Virus record (IMG/VR): IMGVR_UViG_3300021197_000450
Location: 1-54,097 of that record
DNA from: a virus
Lineage: Duplodnaviria > Caudoviricetes
Length of the DNA stretch: 54,097 nt
Strand: one strand, 5' to 3'
The notes under the pieces: model-generated
Told to the model about the DNA's origin: nothing
What the model saw: the letters and a program-made list of their open reading frames with translations, nothing else
Database searches by the model: none
Shown: piece by piece, positions 28,201-36,829 of the stretch
How the letters are laid out: each line of letters begins with the position of its first letter
How positions within the stretch are numbered: the first letter of the stretch is position 1
Made by a program: the position numbers and the translations under genes

Positions 28201-30280
28201 TATATGGTCTAAAGTCAAGTGTGTCTCTTAAGTCAACCAGTGTGCCATTTGCTTGTCTGTGCTTTGGTATATTTTGATAACCGATATCAGTTGCATTGTA
28301 AGAGTTTACAGCAAATAAATCACCAGCGCCATGAGCAAAATGTTCATATGCAACTGTCATTGATGCAGTCTTTGCAGGTGCAGTCACGCCTTTTCTCAGA
28401 ATAAGTCTACCGTTATAATAGAAGTTATCTCGCTGACCATTATCAACAGTAAATCTATTATCAAAAGGCACACTTGTAGCAGAGTCGATAACACTTGTCA
28501 ATTTGAAAATGTCTGGGTTACTTAGTTTTACAAATGTGAAACCTGCGCCATCCGATTCAATTAAAAGACCTGTCTCTGTGACAACAGTTCTAGTCTTTGG
28601 TCGAACTGTAACTGCACTACTTGTTTTATCAACCAGTGCAAGCACTTCAATAACGTCTACTTTACCTCTTCCTGTAGTGACGGCTGCTCCAGATGCTGAT
28701 GCATTAGGAAGAATTTGATCGCCGCCTGCACTATCAAGACCAACAATCCAGCTTGTCTGATTTGAGAATGACTCATCAGTGCCAAGTCCAGATAGGGTAA
28801 GTACTCCACTGCTGTTTGTTGATCCAGTAAATCGTCTTTGTACTGTAATTGTAAGATCGTCTACAAGAGAAGGTCGTGTCTTACCAAGATCAAAGAAGAG
28901 ATTATTATTAACAGCCTCTTTGATTACTGCAACACCATTTTCTGTGATTAAATTAAAAAACTCTGTTGTACTTTTACCAATACTTCTTGCTGCACTAAAC
29001 TTTTGTCCAGAAGCAATCTGAATATCAAAGAGATACAATCTGTAATTGGCACCATCTTTTGCTACAGACCGCACTCTTGCTGTGCCAATAGTAGTTGAAC
29101 CAAAAGTCACAGCAGATTTAAGTGTGACCTCTGAAAAACTCTGAATATCTGGAACAAACCCGAATCCAGTAGGTGCAGTAACTTTAACATAGTTGCCATA
29201 GTTTGCAGCAACAGTTTCTTCAACCACTTCTGTAGTTCTTGGCTTGTTAACAGTGATGTTTGTAGGACCAGTAATAGAAGTTCTGTAACCATCAATATAT
29301 GCAACACCAGGCTGTACACTAAGGTTCAGTACGCTATCAGAGTCTCCGACTTTCATCTTAGACGTGTAGCCTTGAACTACATAATCACCAGACTCTTCTT
29401 TTGTTCTAACAGCAAGTTCGCTACCAATTTTATTATATTCAGTCTCATCAACTTCTTCCATTAAGATGCCATCTACTAATCTATTGATGGGGAAGAAATT
29501 ATCATCAGTAGCAAGTGTGGACTCAATAGCAAGAGTTAGAGTAATTCTATATCTATCTGCACCAGGAGCAGTTAAGTTTGCAATACCATTATTTTGGTTA
29601 TCATAGAGCGCATTTGTATCAGATGTTGTAACTACATCTTCTACAATTTTCATACCGATAACTTCAGTAGGTACACCAGAGTACTTACTAACAAAGACTG
29701 TTTGGGGAGTTACAGATACAAAATGCCCGTTTGTAAAGTATGATCCTCCATTAACTGTTGCTCTTGAGCCAACGCCAATAGCAGGATTTGCTCCTGTATT
29801 TGTTACTTGTACTTGAATAGCATCAGAAGATGTAGTTCTCTGTACACTTTCACCTGGTGTAAATCTTACAGCAGATGTTACTGTACCACTAGATGTGGAT
29901 GAGTTAATATATTTAACATAGAATGTTGCAGGATCAGAAGAAGTTGCTGCTACAATCTGAAGAATTTTAGCCTGTACTGAGCTAGTTTGTCCTTGAATTA
30001 CATCACCAACAACAAAGGCAGAAGTGTTTGATGTTTCAAGCTTGACAAACTCATAGTTTCTATCGACAGTCAACCCACCCGGATTTACAACACTACCCTC
30101 TTTGAAGATGTGCCGCCCAAGTCTCTCTAACTCAGTCTGTGTAATTGTCTGAAGCTGAGTAAGCTCTCTTGCCTGCAATGCTTTACCAGAGTTGAAAAGA
30201 ATACGATGGTAATGATCGCTATCTTTAAAATCATCTCTATATGTTGTATTGAAGGTAGTAGTTGTAAACGAATTGGGCAT
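25259..30280 (-). CDS. Large virion structural protein, DUF4815/VrlC-like (1673 aa)
   Basis: YRDDF...YHRILFNSGKALQARELTQLQT, APGADRYRI, RFTMRDI, RFKNGFFADNF, DPLAQSF, DLRAIAL. Confidence 0.85.
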   Translation of the reverse strand: MPNSFTTTTFNTTYRDDFKDSDHYHRILFNSGKALQARELTQLQTITQTELERLGRHIFKEGSVVNPGGLTVDRNYEFVKLETSNTSAFVVGDVIQGQTSSVQAKILQIVAATSSDPATFYVKYINSSTSSGTVTSAVRFTPGESVQRTTSSDAIQVQVTNTGANPAIGVGSRATVNGGSYFTNGHFVSVTPQTVFVSKYSGVPTEVIGMKIVEDVVTTSDTNALYDNQNNGIANLTAPGADRYRITLTLAIESTLATDDNFFPINRLVDGILMEEVDETEYNKIGSELAVRTKEESGDYVVQGYTSKMKVGDSDSVLNLSVQPGVAYIDGYRTSITGPTNITVNKPRTTEVVEETVAANYGNYVKVTAPTGFGFVPDIQSFSEVTLKSAVTFGSTTIGTARVRSVAKDGANYRLYLFDIQIASGQKFSAARSIGKSTTEFFNLITENGVAVIKEAVNNNLFFDLGKTRPSLVDDLTITVQRRFTGSTNSSGVLTLSGLGTDESFSNQTSWIVGLDSAGGDQILPNASASGAAVTTGRGKVDVIEVLALVDKTSSAVTVRPKTRTVVTETGLLIESDGAGFTFVKLSNPDIFKLTSVIDSATSVPFDNRFTVDNGQRDNFYYNGRLILRKGVTAPAKTASMTVAYEHFAHGAGDLFAVNSYNATDIGYQNIPKHRQANGTLVDLRDTLDFRPYKESDGASYSASNMNELPQNTDTIATDVTYYKGRNDILVLTPEKVIKYVEGVAALDNTLTPNTPSGTLKLKEFQLNAYTDDLNDLTETFIQNRRFTMRDISGIVNRIDNLEEVVTLNLLEQQTATIEVLDSSGNNRFKNGFFADNFSDFAFSDVDDEQYTASMDLENTLLLPDVVENNVPLVYDSVDATSVNTKLSGELLTLDFASEVYINQDLASETENINPFEVITFTGQLRLSPEIDEWREVRRVNRTITRIRSITFTSRRSRGVVRRLDDFTETTTVTGGRVTLLPNIRSRLVFFKGEALKPNTRHFLFFDNVLLTNPSGNNYTREEADFVRFSRRSRDQFINSRATSHPLTGSDLYTDNKGEIIGSFLVPNNSEFIFDAGEREVKLIDVSVNDDAASTSFAAATYSAQGTRRVIVSTTVREGTVVVAVPPRPRDPLAQSFQIQNSEGAFVTKIDVYFSTRPAASSADENIPVRLELRPLRNGVPAQDEMVIGSQVVKQRADINIPSDLDDLTTIRATPTTFEFDAPVYLPGNTPFALILQADTVDYNVYVAKAGDFIIGTTDRRIRQQPSLGSLFMSQNAITWTPDQTRDMMFRIHRANFVSSGAALIENIDLPDAILDSDAISTDSGSTTVTILQRGHGFGIDDYVNIYGLDSSTSYAGIKGSSILGKRNVTAIDGTGFKFVADSAATSTQVTGGSNLSASQNIQMDLAFPLIESFLPAVSANLTMQGSFAKGRSIVPSNGAVPNNKSKNTFALSSNFDIVSDNPVLFDFPQVVANRQNEDSATTLLAATNPTPRKSVKITANMATSSNFISPVIFMDNAQMLTSNNIIDNQDSATNVFPLNTPFDFVDETDPTNGSTLSKHITPPVVIDEPAVGLKVIIAANRPDGANFDLYFRTSEVGSDINIDEVAFVKVAQDTIIQTDENRDIFRDYEYTIGNLGGELSPFTTFQLKIVMRSSNSSKITTFRDLRAIALGT

Positions 30281-30294
30281 TCTTCTATGTTACC

Positions 30295-31638
30295 TTATAA
30301 TTGTACAATAAGTTTGATATCTTCAGTCTGAGCAACATCTCTAACAACAGGCGCTCTATTCTCTATATAGAGAATTTGATTATCAATGAGTTTGATCGTA
30401 CCATCAGAATCCGCATCAATTGTAGCAGTTCTACTAGCATTGTTAGCATCACTAATAGTTTCGCCTGCTTGAAATGGTTTAAACCCTGTGCTATCATTCT
30501 GATGGTAGTGAAATACTGATGCTCTATTATCATCAACAAATGCTTTAGCGCCACTAGTGCCTCCAACAATCAATGCATCTCTTGCATTATCACTATCAAA
30601 GTTTGAGATGCTAGATAGCGTTAGCTTTCTTAATGCTAAAGCAGCAGTATCTTTAAAGTCAGAATCTACAGTTTGATTTTTCTTTGGATTTTTAACTAAT
30701 CCAATTTGTCTGAAATCATTCTTTACAATAAATGCGCCACCTTGTAAGCCATTAGGCTTTGCATTAAACATCAAAGAAGTAGCATTTAAATCTTCTCTAG
30801 GATCATTGCCTAACCCTAAGACAGAGATGATAGGAGAGACTTCAGCACTACCAGCGCTAAGTGAAATTGATGCATATGTGTATCCTCTACCAAAAGGAAT
30901 ACCACCAGCAGAATCATCAAGCTCAACTTTAGAAATACCACCAGCAGCAGAGATAGTTGCAATTGCCTTAGCACTTACACCATCACCATTAATAGTGACT
31001 GTTGGTGCAGAAGTATATCCACTACCAGCTTTTGTTACTCTAAAGCCAACAATTTGACCAGAGTCCGCTGCTTGCTGAACATCTAATTGTGTTTGTAAAA
31101 TTGTACCAAGCCCAGCAGCAGAGTCTACTTTAGATACAGGAACAAAGTTAGCAGAAAGAAATTTGTTTGCATTATTAGCAGTAAGTGTCAGCAAGTACTT
31201 CCAGATGTAACCATCAGAAGTTGCTTTTGCCACTGTTGGTGTGCCAATAGTCTCCGGGTCAATAGTAGATGTTTGAGCAACACCATCATTACTTTTGCCC
31301 TGCTGCACACAAAGATAAATTCTATTATTTGCAGTAAATACATAGTAATTTGTGTTTGTTACATTAGTATCTGTATATGCATTATAGATTGTGCCTGAAG
31401 ACCAGTTATATCTGGCAGCGACAAAAGAAACATCAGTAGTTCTGATTACAGACTGTAAGTTTGCTCTAAAGTCCCGCTTCTCTTTTTCACTGTTTAGCAC
31501 AGTAGGAGCGGCATCAGTAGCATTCCACTGATCCGACTTTGCAATGCCAATGTAATAATAGTTAGCACTGTCTGCAACATCTGTAGTCACAGTGTCCAGA
31601 AGTTGTCTTTTAATGTCGTTTGTTACAATAGCAGTCAT
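30295..31638 (-). CDS. gp8: Baseplate wedge gp8-like
   Basis: RYNWSSGTIY, DGYIWKYL, NDFRQIGLVKNP, ILYIENRAPV.R...QTEDIKLIVQL. Confidence 0.85.
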   Translation of the reverse strand: MTAIVTNDIKRQLLDTVTTDVADSANYYYIGIAKSDQWNATDAAPTVLNSEKEKRDFRANLQSVIRTTDVSFVAARYNWSSGTIYNAYTDTNVTNTNYYVFTANNRIYLCVQQGKSNDGVAQTSTIDPETIGTPTVAKATSDGYIWKYLLTLTANNANKFLSANFVPVSKVDSAAGLGTILQTQLDVQQAADSGQIVGFRVTKAGSGYTSAPTVTINGDGVSAKAIATISAAGGISKVELDDSAGGIPFGRGYTYASISLSAGSAEVSPIISVLGLGNDPREDLNATSLMFNAKPNGLQGGAFIVKNDFRQIGLVKNPKKNQTVDSDFKDTAALALRKLTLSSISNFDSDNARDALIVGGTSGAKAFVDDNRASVFHYHQNDSTGFKPFQAGETISDANNASRTATIDADSDGTIKLIDNQILYIENRAPVVRDVAQTEDIKLIVQL

Positions 31639-31650
31639 TTATTAAACCTT

Positions 31651-32685
31651 TTAAGCAAATACGAGATTAACATCGGAGTCTTTATCTACAAACCACTGAG
31701 AACCGACGCCATCCCAGATGCAAGTAACGATCATAGGAGTTTTAATTGTCATCTGACTAAAATCACCATTCAAAGTTGTTAATTTATTTGAATTAACTTC
31801 AATCGTAGTGTCGGTAGTTCTACGATTTACAATTCTTTTAACTTCTCCAGTTGTTGCACCGTTATGCAACTTATAACTTCTAACACTAGCTGTATTCAAC
31901 AAATAGAAGTTTGAGTTGGAGTCTAAAGCGGAATCAGAACCTGCTGTCAACACTTGAGCATTATAAACAAGCGTACCGTCTAATGTAACAGGTCCATTAT
32001 TTTTAGCAGAGATTGTTAATCCAACATTAGTATCTCCACCCTCAGAAGTGATTGTAGGATTATTACCTGTTGTAGCATTTGAAATTTTAACGTTGTTTAC
32101 TGGAGAGCCAGAAATATTGTCAAAGTTCAAAATTTCAAAGTTACCGGTAGCATCAAAAACATGAGTGTCAATTCTAGGATTGATTAACTTTAAAGCTGTA
32201 ATAGAGCTAAACGTATCACTGTCTAGTAACTTATGCCAAGCGCCTGCATGTGAGAATAACGCTCTGCCACTATCATGCACATGAGCAAACATACCGTGAT
32301 ATGTTGCTGCGCTAGGTAGGGCACCAAAGCCAGTAGCAGAGTCAAATACGTTAGCAAAGTAAATTTTAGAAGCAGCACCTGTAGAATCTACAAGATTTAC
32401 AATGTTATCATCACCGATTGTAACAACTTCACCGTTACTGTCACCAAGCTTGATTGTTACGTTAGTGCCCGGCTGAAGTCTAGTCAGTGTAGTTGTGTTA
32501 GTTGTCCCAGCGAAAATGACCTTAGCACTGTCGAAGGTAACACCAGCACCCAAAGTTCCACTATCTGTACCAAAAGCTTGATACAGTTCAACAAAGTTAT
32601 TGTTAATTTTAGTACCAGCACTTCGGAGCGTATCGCCAGTTCCGTCGTTAGCATTTGTGCCAGTAGAAATATTTTGTCTGGTCAT
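31651..32685 (-). CDS. Baseplate wedge / fibre connector gp9/gp10-like
   Basis: N-terminal GTNANDGTGDTLRSAGTKINNNFVELY motif. Confidence 0.75.
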   Translation of the reverse strand: MTRQNISTGTNANDGTGDTLRSAGTKINNNFVELYQAFGTDSGTLGAGVTFDSAKVIFAGTTNTTTLTRLQPGTNVTIKLGDSNGEVVTIGDDNIVNLVDSTGAASKIYFANVFDSATGFGALPSAATYHGMFAHVHDSGRALFSHAGAWHKLLDSDTFSSITALKLINPRIDTHVFDATGNFEILNFDNISGSPVNNVKISNATTGNNPTITSEGGDTNVGLTISAKNNGPVTLDGTLVYNAQVLTAGSDSALDSNSNFYLLNTASVRSYKLHNGATTGEVKRIVNRRTTDTTIEVNSNKLTTLNGDFSQMTIKTPMIVTCIWDGVGSQWFVDKDSDVNLVFA

Positions 32686-32716
32686 TTTTTACCTTCTTGT
32701 AAAAGATAGTTAACTT

Positions 32717-32724
32717 TATTTATA
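32717..32724 (-). promoter_or_regulatory. Late promoter TATAAATA
   Basis: Exact consensus, intergenic. Confidence 0.78.
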
Positions 32725-32727
32725 CAG

Positions 32728-33663
32728 TTACGCAGAGTCTAATCCACTATCAGAATAAAACGCATAGATATCTTCATCCATAGTCTGTAGCGAGTTATCA
32801 GAGAACTTGTCGCTATCATTCGAAGAGAAGCGTGGAGAGTTGGTGTTGAGTACATCAACAATAGAAGTGTATTCGCCTTTCTGTGCAGAAGTAAGCTCAC
32901 CGATAGAATCTTGGTAGAATTGAATGCCACGATCAACATAGAATCTAGCAGATAGCGCACTGTCACGCCCGGTTGTTGTGCCAAATGCTCCTGTAGTTGC
33001 AACACCAAAGTCTTCTAATGTAACTTCTGTAGCAGCACTATCTTGAATAGAAAGTGGAGCGCTCATGATTGAGTTTGATGCTGTCTTTTCAAAGAGTGTT
33101 TCTGCAAATAGTGCAAATCCTGCTGGATGATTATACCTTTTATAAACATCACGCCATTGCGTAACACCAAGAGGAGACTTAATCTGAATAGAAAGAATTT
33201 GATAGAAGTTAGAATCTTGAATAAATCTCAAAGATTCAGCACCAATCAAACTTTCCCCAACATTAAAGATTTGTGTCTTTGGATAAAACTGTTCAGACTC
33301 TACACCATAAATGTATCTGAAAAAAGCAGGTACAGAAATCACAGTACCTTTAATTGGGTAAAAGTTAGGAATAAACTTTAGAGTAAGTCTTGGAAACTTA
33401 AAGAAGTCCGCACCAAGGCCATTCATACTCTCAAAGAACAAATAGTCTAGAAAGTCTTCAGAAGTACTTTCTGCATCTCTGATATAAAAAGCATCACTCA
33501 GATTATTACGACCTGCTGCAATCTCTAGATATTCATAGAACTTCTTGAGAAAAGTAACAAGAGTTGGGTACTGCTCTTGGAAATGCTCAGGAATAATTGT
33601 TTCAACCTGCGGCTGAACAAAGTTCGGGTCTCTTCTATTATAATCTGTTAATGTTGAAGCCAT
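32728..33663 (-). CDS. Compact baseplate wedge gp7-like protein
   Basis: PEHFQEQYPTLVTFLKKFYEYL, KGT...FFR..YG, IQDSNFYQILS, HPAGFALF; follows gp6. Confidence 0.68.
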   Translation of the reverse strand: MASTLTDYNRRDPNFVQPQVETIIPEHFQEQYPTLVTFLKKFYEYLEIAAGRNNLSDAFYIRDAESTSEDFLDYLFFESMNGLGADFFKFPRLTLKFIPNFYPIKGTVISVPAFFRYIYGVESEQFYPKTQIFNVGESLIGAESLRFIQDSNFYQILSIQIKSPLGVTQWRDVYKRYNHPAGFALFAETLFEKTASNSIMSAPLSIQDSAATEVTLEDFGVATTGAFGTTTGRDSALSARFYVDRGIQFYQDSIGELTSAQKGEYTSIVDVLNTNSPRFSSNDSDKFSDNSLQTMDEDIYAFYSDSGLDSA

Positions 33664-35534
33664 TAAACTACCGTGCTATTTGCAATATTCGTGTCTGGAA
33701 GTGCAGACACAGAGTTAGTATTAAGATTAATTACATTATTTCTTAAGGGCTTGATGCTTGAGTCATCAGCAGGAATTGCTCTAACTCTCAAGAAAGTATT
33801 ACCTGAAATAATAGAGCTAGGACTAAATCCAGTAAATGTTACTTTGCCTGTTGTAGTATCATAACTACCAATATCAGACACTACAATGTTTTCATCTGTG
33901 TCCAAAATTTGTAGCTTTGTGCTTGCATTTTCGCCAGTAACGTTTCTGATAAAACACGTCTTACCTTTAAAGCTAAAGTTATCAGTTGTGACAATAGCTG
34001 TTTCAGCATCTGGCGCAGATAATGGAGACAAGAACTGTAAAGTATAGTCAGCTTGAATAAACTTAACTGCAACTGCATCATATACAGGAGTAAATCTACT
34101 TTCCATAGAGACATTCACTCTTGAGGAAAGAATTGATGTGTCGCTTGCATCAATAAATGAACTCAGTCTAGACTTTCGGAAAATCTGGTTGAATTTACCA
34201 AGATTATTATCGAAGTACACTTTAATTCCATCTTGAATTTTAGTTTCTAATGCACGTTTACTCAGAGCTGTTACGCCAGCGTCATACTTTAGCTGCGTAG
34301 TTACATTTAAGTATGTGAATTCAGGAACAACAATCTCGGCGTCGATAGACGAAATAGAAAGGTTATCTGTAAGATCAGATGCAATTCTTTGCTCAATCAG
34401 CGTTTTTGTAGTAGCATCAATTTCAGACTCATAGATAATTGATATTAGAACTTTGCCAAACTTTGGAATAGGAACATTGTCTTCACCGCCCCAAGCATTA
34501 GCAGATTTAATACCAGGAATAGAATTTGAAATTACTGCAACATAATCAGTAGGCGTAACTAATCTACCCTGTGCAAGAAAGTTCAGAGGAGCATTCTGCC
34601 TAATACTTTCGGTAGACTCTTTTTCTGAACCAAGAGTTGCCTTTGAAATAGTAGTCACAGTGAGATTATAACTTGTTCCATTTACACTTACAGTTGATGC
34701 TGGTGTAAAGATAGATGCTCCATTTGCAGCAGGGCCATTTGATGAAAGATATCTTGCTTTGATAATGTTACCTGGCTTAGGCGCATCACCAGTTAAGGTG
34801 CCATCACCAAAGTTCAATTCATAGAACCCGTTGTATGTCTCAAGAGGAAGGTACAGTCGTGTATCTGCTGTAAATCCACCAGTCAACTGATTAATAGTTA
34901 GATATGCAGTACCTTCTGTGTCTGCGTTATCTTCAAAAACTCTGACCTTTAGTGTGCCAAGATCAAGCGTATCATCAGGGACAACATAAATCTGTCTTTC
35001 TTGAGAAGTCTCTACTAAAAATGTTTTTGTTCTTTCTGAGCCCTCACGAATGGGTACTGCTAACTGTCCGTTCTCATCACGGAAAGTATAGATGCCAACA
35101 CCAGCAGGATCAATTGCCGCAAAATAAATATCTTGCGTTCTGAATGTATATGTTGTACCATCGAGAGTTGTAGTAAACTCTGTGCCAGAAGGCAGAGTAA
35201 TAAATTCAGGCTTTACTGCCGCAGCAGAAAGATTAAGCGTTAGATTGATATATGCTACTGCTGCCGTTTTACTTCTTGGAATGTACGCAAAGTTAAGTGC
35301 AGCATTAACAAGAGATGATCGCAACTGTGCAGTCTGAAGAAAAGATTCATTAATAGCAAAGTTGCCAATCAAAGCATTCTGATGTGTGTTAAATGCCAGC
35401 ACATCTGCAATAGATGACAGACCAGAAGCCTCAAAGTCATAGTCCTCAAACTCTGACTGAGTTTTCATATACTCAAGAATTTTGCCTTTAATGTATTCAA
35501 AATCTAGTTGATTTGATGCGATTACTGTTGCCAT
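33663..35534 (-). CDS. gp6: Baseplate wedge gp6
   Basis: LDFEYIK...FEDYDFEASGLS, NESFLQTAQLRSS, RLVTPTDY, AWGGED. Confidence 0.93.
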   Translation of the reverse strand: MATVIASNQLDFEYIKGKILEYMKTQSEFEDYDFEASGLSSIADVLAFNTHQNALIGNFAINESFLQTAQLRSSLVNAALNFAYIPRSKTAAVAYINLTLNLSAAAVKPEFITLPSGTEFTTTLDGTTYTFRTQDIYFAAIDPAGVGIYTFRDENGQLAVPIREGSERTKTFLVETSQERQIYVVPDDTLDLGTLKVRVFEDNADTEGTAYLTINQLTGGFTADTRLYLPLETYNGFYELNFGDGTLTGDAPKPGNIIKARYLSSNGPAANGASIFTPASTVSVNGTSYNLTVTTISKATLGSEKESTESIRQNAPLNFLAQGRLVTPTDYVAVISNSIPGIKSANAWGGEDNVPIPKFGKVLISIIYESEIDATTKTLIEQRIASDLTDNLSISSIDAEIVVPEFTYLNVTTQLKYDAGVTALSKRALETKIQDGIKVYFDNNLGKFNQIFRKSRLSSFIDASDTSILSSRVNVSMESRFTPVYDAVAVKFIQADYTLQFLSPLSAPDAETAIVTTDNFSFKGKTCFIRNVTGENASTKLQILDTDENIVVSDIGSYDTTTGKVTFTGFSPSSIISGNTFLRVRAIPADDSSIKPLRNNVINLNTNSVSALPDTNIANSTVV

Positions 35535-35538
35535 ATTT

Positions 35539-35985
35539 TTATCTTAACCTTGAGAATGCTGTTTCTAATACAACTACTTCATCGGTGTTAACAATTTTAA
35601 ATTTTATGCTAACATTAATGGAGTTTTTATCAATTTCATCCAAAACTCTAACATCTAAAAGTCTGACCCTAGGCTCAAAGTTTTGAATTGCCAATCTAAT
35701 ATTAGTATCAATATCATCTATCACATCAGGTGTGACAGACTCAAATAGTAAAGCACGAATATTAGCACCAAAAAAATAGTTGAATGGCTTTTCGCCAAAA
35801 TTGGTTTGAATTAATGTCTTAACTGCTTGCTTCACAGCCGCAGCATCAGTCTTCTTGAAGATATCACCATTACTTTTCTTTGCAAAAGAAAGGTCGATGT
35901 CTGAATAATTAGTAGACCTAGTTCCAACTAGACTAATTTTATTCAGATTACCATCTTCAATTGATAGAGACTTAACTACAGCCAT
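35539..35985 (-). CDS. gp25: Baseplate wedge gp25
   Basis: YSDIDLSF, AVKQAVKTLIQTNFGEKPF, IQNFEPRV. Confidence 0.93.
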   Translation of the reverse strand: MAVVKSLSIEDGNLNKISLVGTRSTNYSDIDLSFAKKSNGDIFKKTDAAAVKQAVKTLIQTNFGEKPFNYFFGANIRALLFESVTPDVIDDIDTNIRLAIQNFEPRVRLLDVRVLDEIDKNSINVSIKFKIVNTDEVVVLETAFSRLR

Positions 35986-35998
35986 TTGAAATCCTTAA

Positions 35999-36006
35999 TA
36001 TTTATA
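35999..36006 (-). promoter_or_regulatory. Late promoter TATAAATA upstream of gp25
   Basis: Exact consensus overlapping the stop of the upstream gene. Confidence 0.6.
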
Positions 36007-36829
36007 CCGTAAACTCAGCAAGACCATCTCTCAAAGCGACATTATAATTATACTCGGTTCTTACATTTCTACGGAATGTTCCTTTATATTTATCATCAAC
36101 CTCAGGCATAGTTACAATAATTTGTGCAGTAAAGCCAACATTAGGGTCTACAGTATCAAAAGATAAAATTAATTCATCAAAAAGCATGTTGTCTTTCCAG
36201 TATGTAGCAACATTAAAAGCTGCCGCTGGATCGTTATTACCCTTTGAATCTTTTACTTCATATACAACAGCACGACCTTTTGTTTGTAAATCAAGAATAC
36301 CACCTGATTCTAGTGTTTGGTTTGTTTCAGCAGTAAACAACCCCTCAACAACATCTAGACTTGATTTTTTAAACTTGCCTCGGTTACTATTAAATCCATT
36401 AATCAGTAATGACTGTAAGTAAAAATATTTTGCCAGCTCTTTACGACCAGAAAGGGTTCTGGTATTATTTAATTGTCCATTTGTAAAAGCAGATAATTGA
36501 ATGCCTTTACCAAGCTTTGTGCCGTTTGTAATTGTTGTCTTATTTAAAGGATTATATTGACTTTCAGGCACAACTCTTTTATAGTTATAGTTTTCTTTAT
36601 AACGTAGCTTAGGTATGCTTAAGTTGCCATAGCGACTTGTGCCATACTTACCTACAGCCTCATTTCCTTGCAGTCTTTTTACTGCTGTTGGAGTAGACTG
36701 CATAAATCTAAAATTAAGCGCATTTTTAGCCAATGCTAATCCAATAAAGAAGCTATCAACTCTATTAGTAGAGTCTCGTAGCAATCTTCGCACTTCTGCT
36801 GTTGTGATGTTTTCGTTACGAATAATCAT
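36002..36829 (-). CDS. Baseplate-associated hypothetical protein
   Basis: 275 aa between gp5-C and gp25, translationally coupled; function not recognised with confidence. Confidence 0.55.
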   Translation of the reverse strand: MIIRNENITTAEVRRLLRDSTNRVDSFFIGLALAKNALNFRFMQSTPTAVKRLQGNEAVGKYGTSRYGNLSIPKLRYKENYNYKRVVPESQYNPLNKTTITNGTKLGKGIQLSAFTNGQLNNTRTLSGRKELAKYFYLQSLLINGFNSNRGKFKKSSLDVVEGLFTAETNQTLESGGILDLQTKGRAVVYEVKDSKGNNDPAAAFNVATYWKDNMLFDELILSFDTVDPNVGFTAQIIVTMPEVDDKYKGTFRRNVRTEYNYNVALRDGLAEFTV

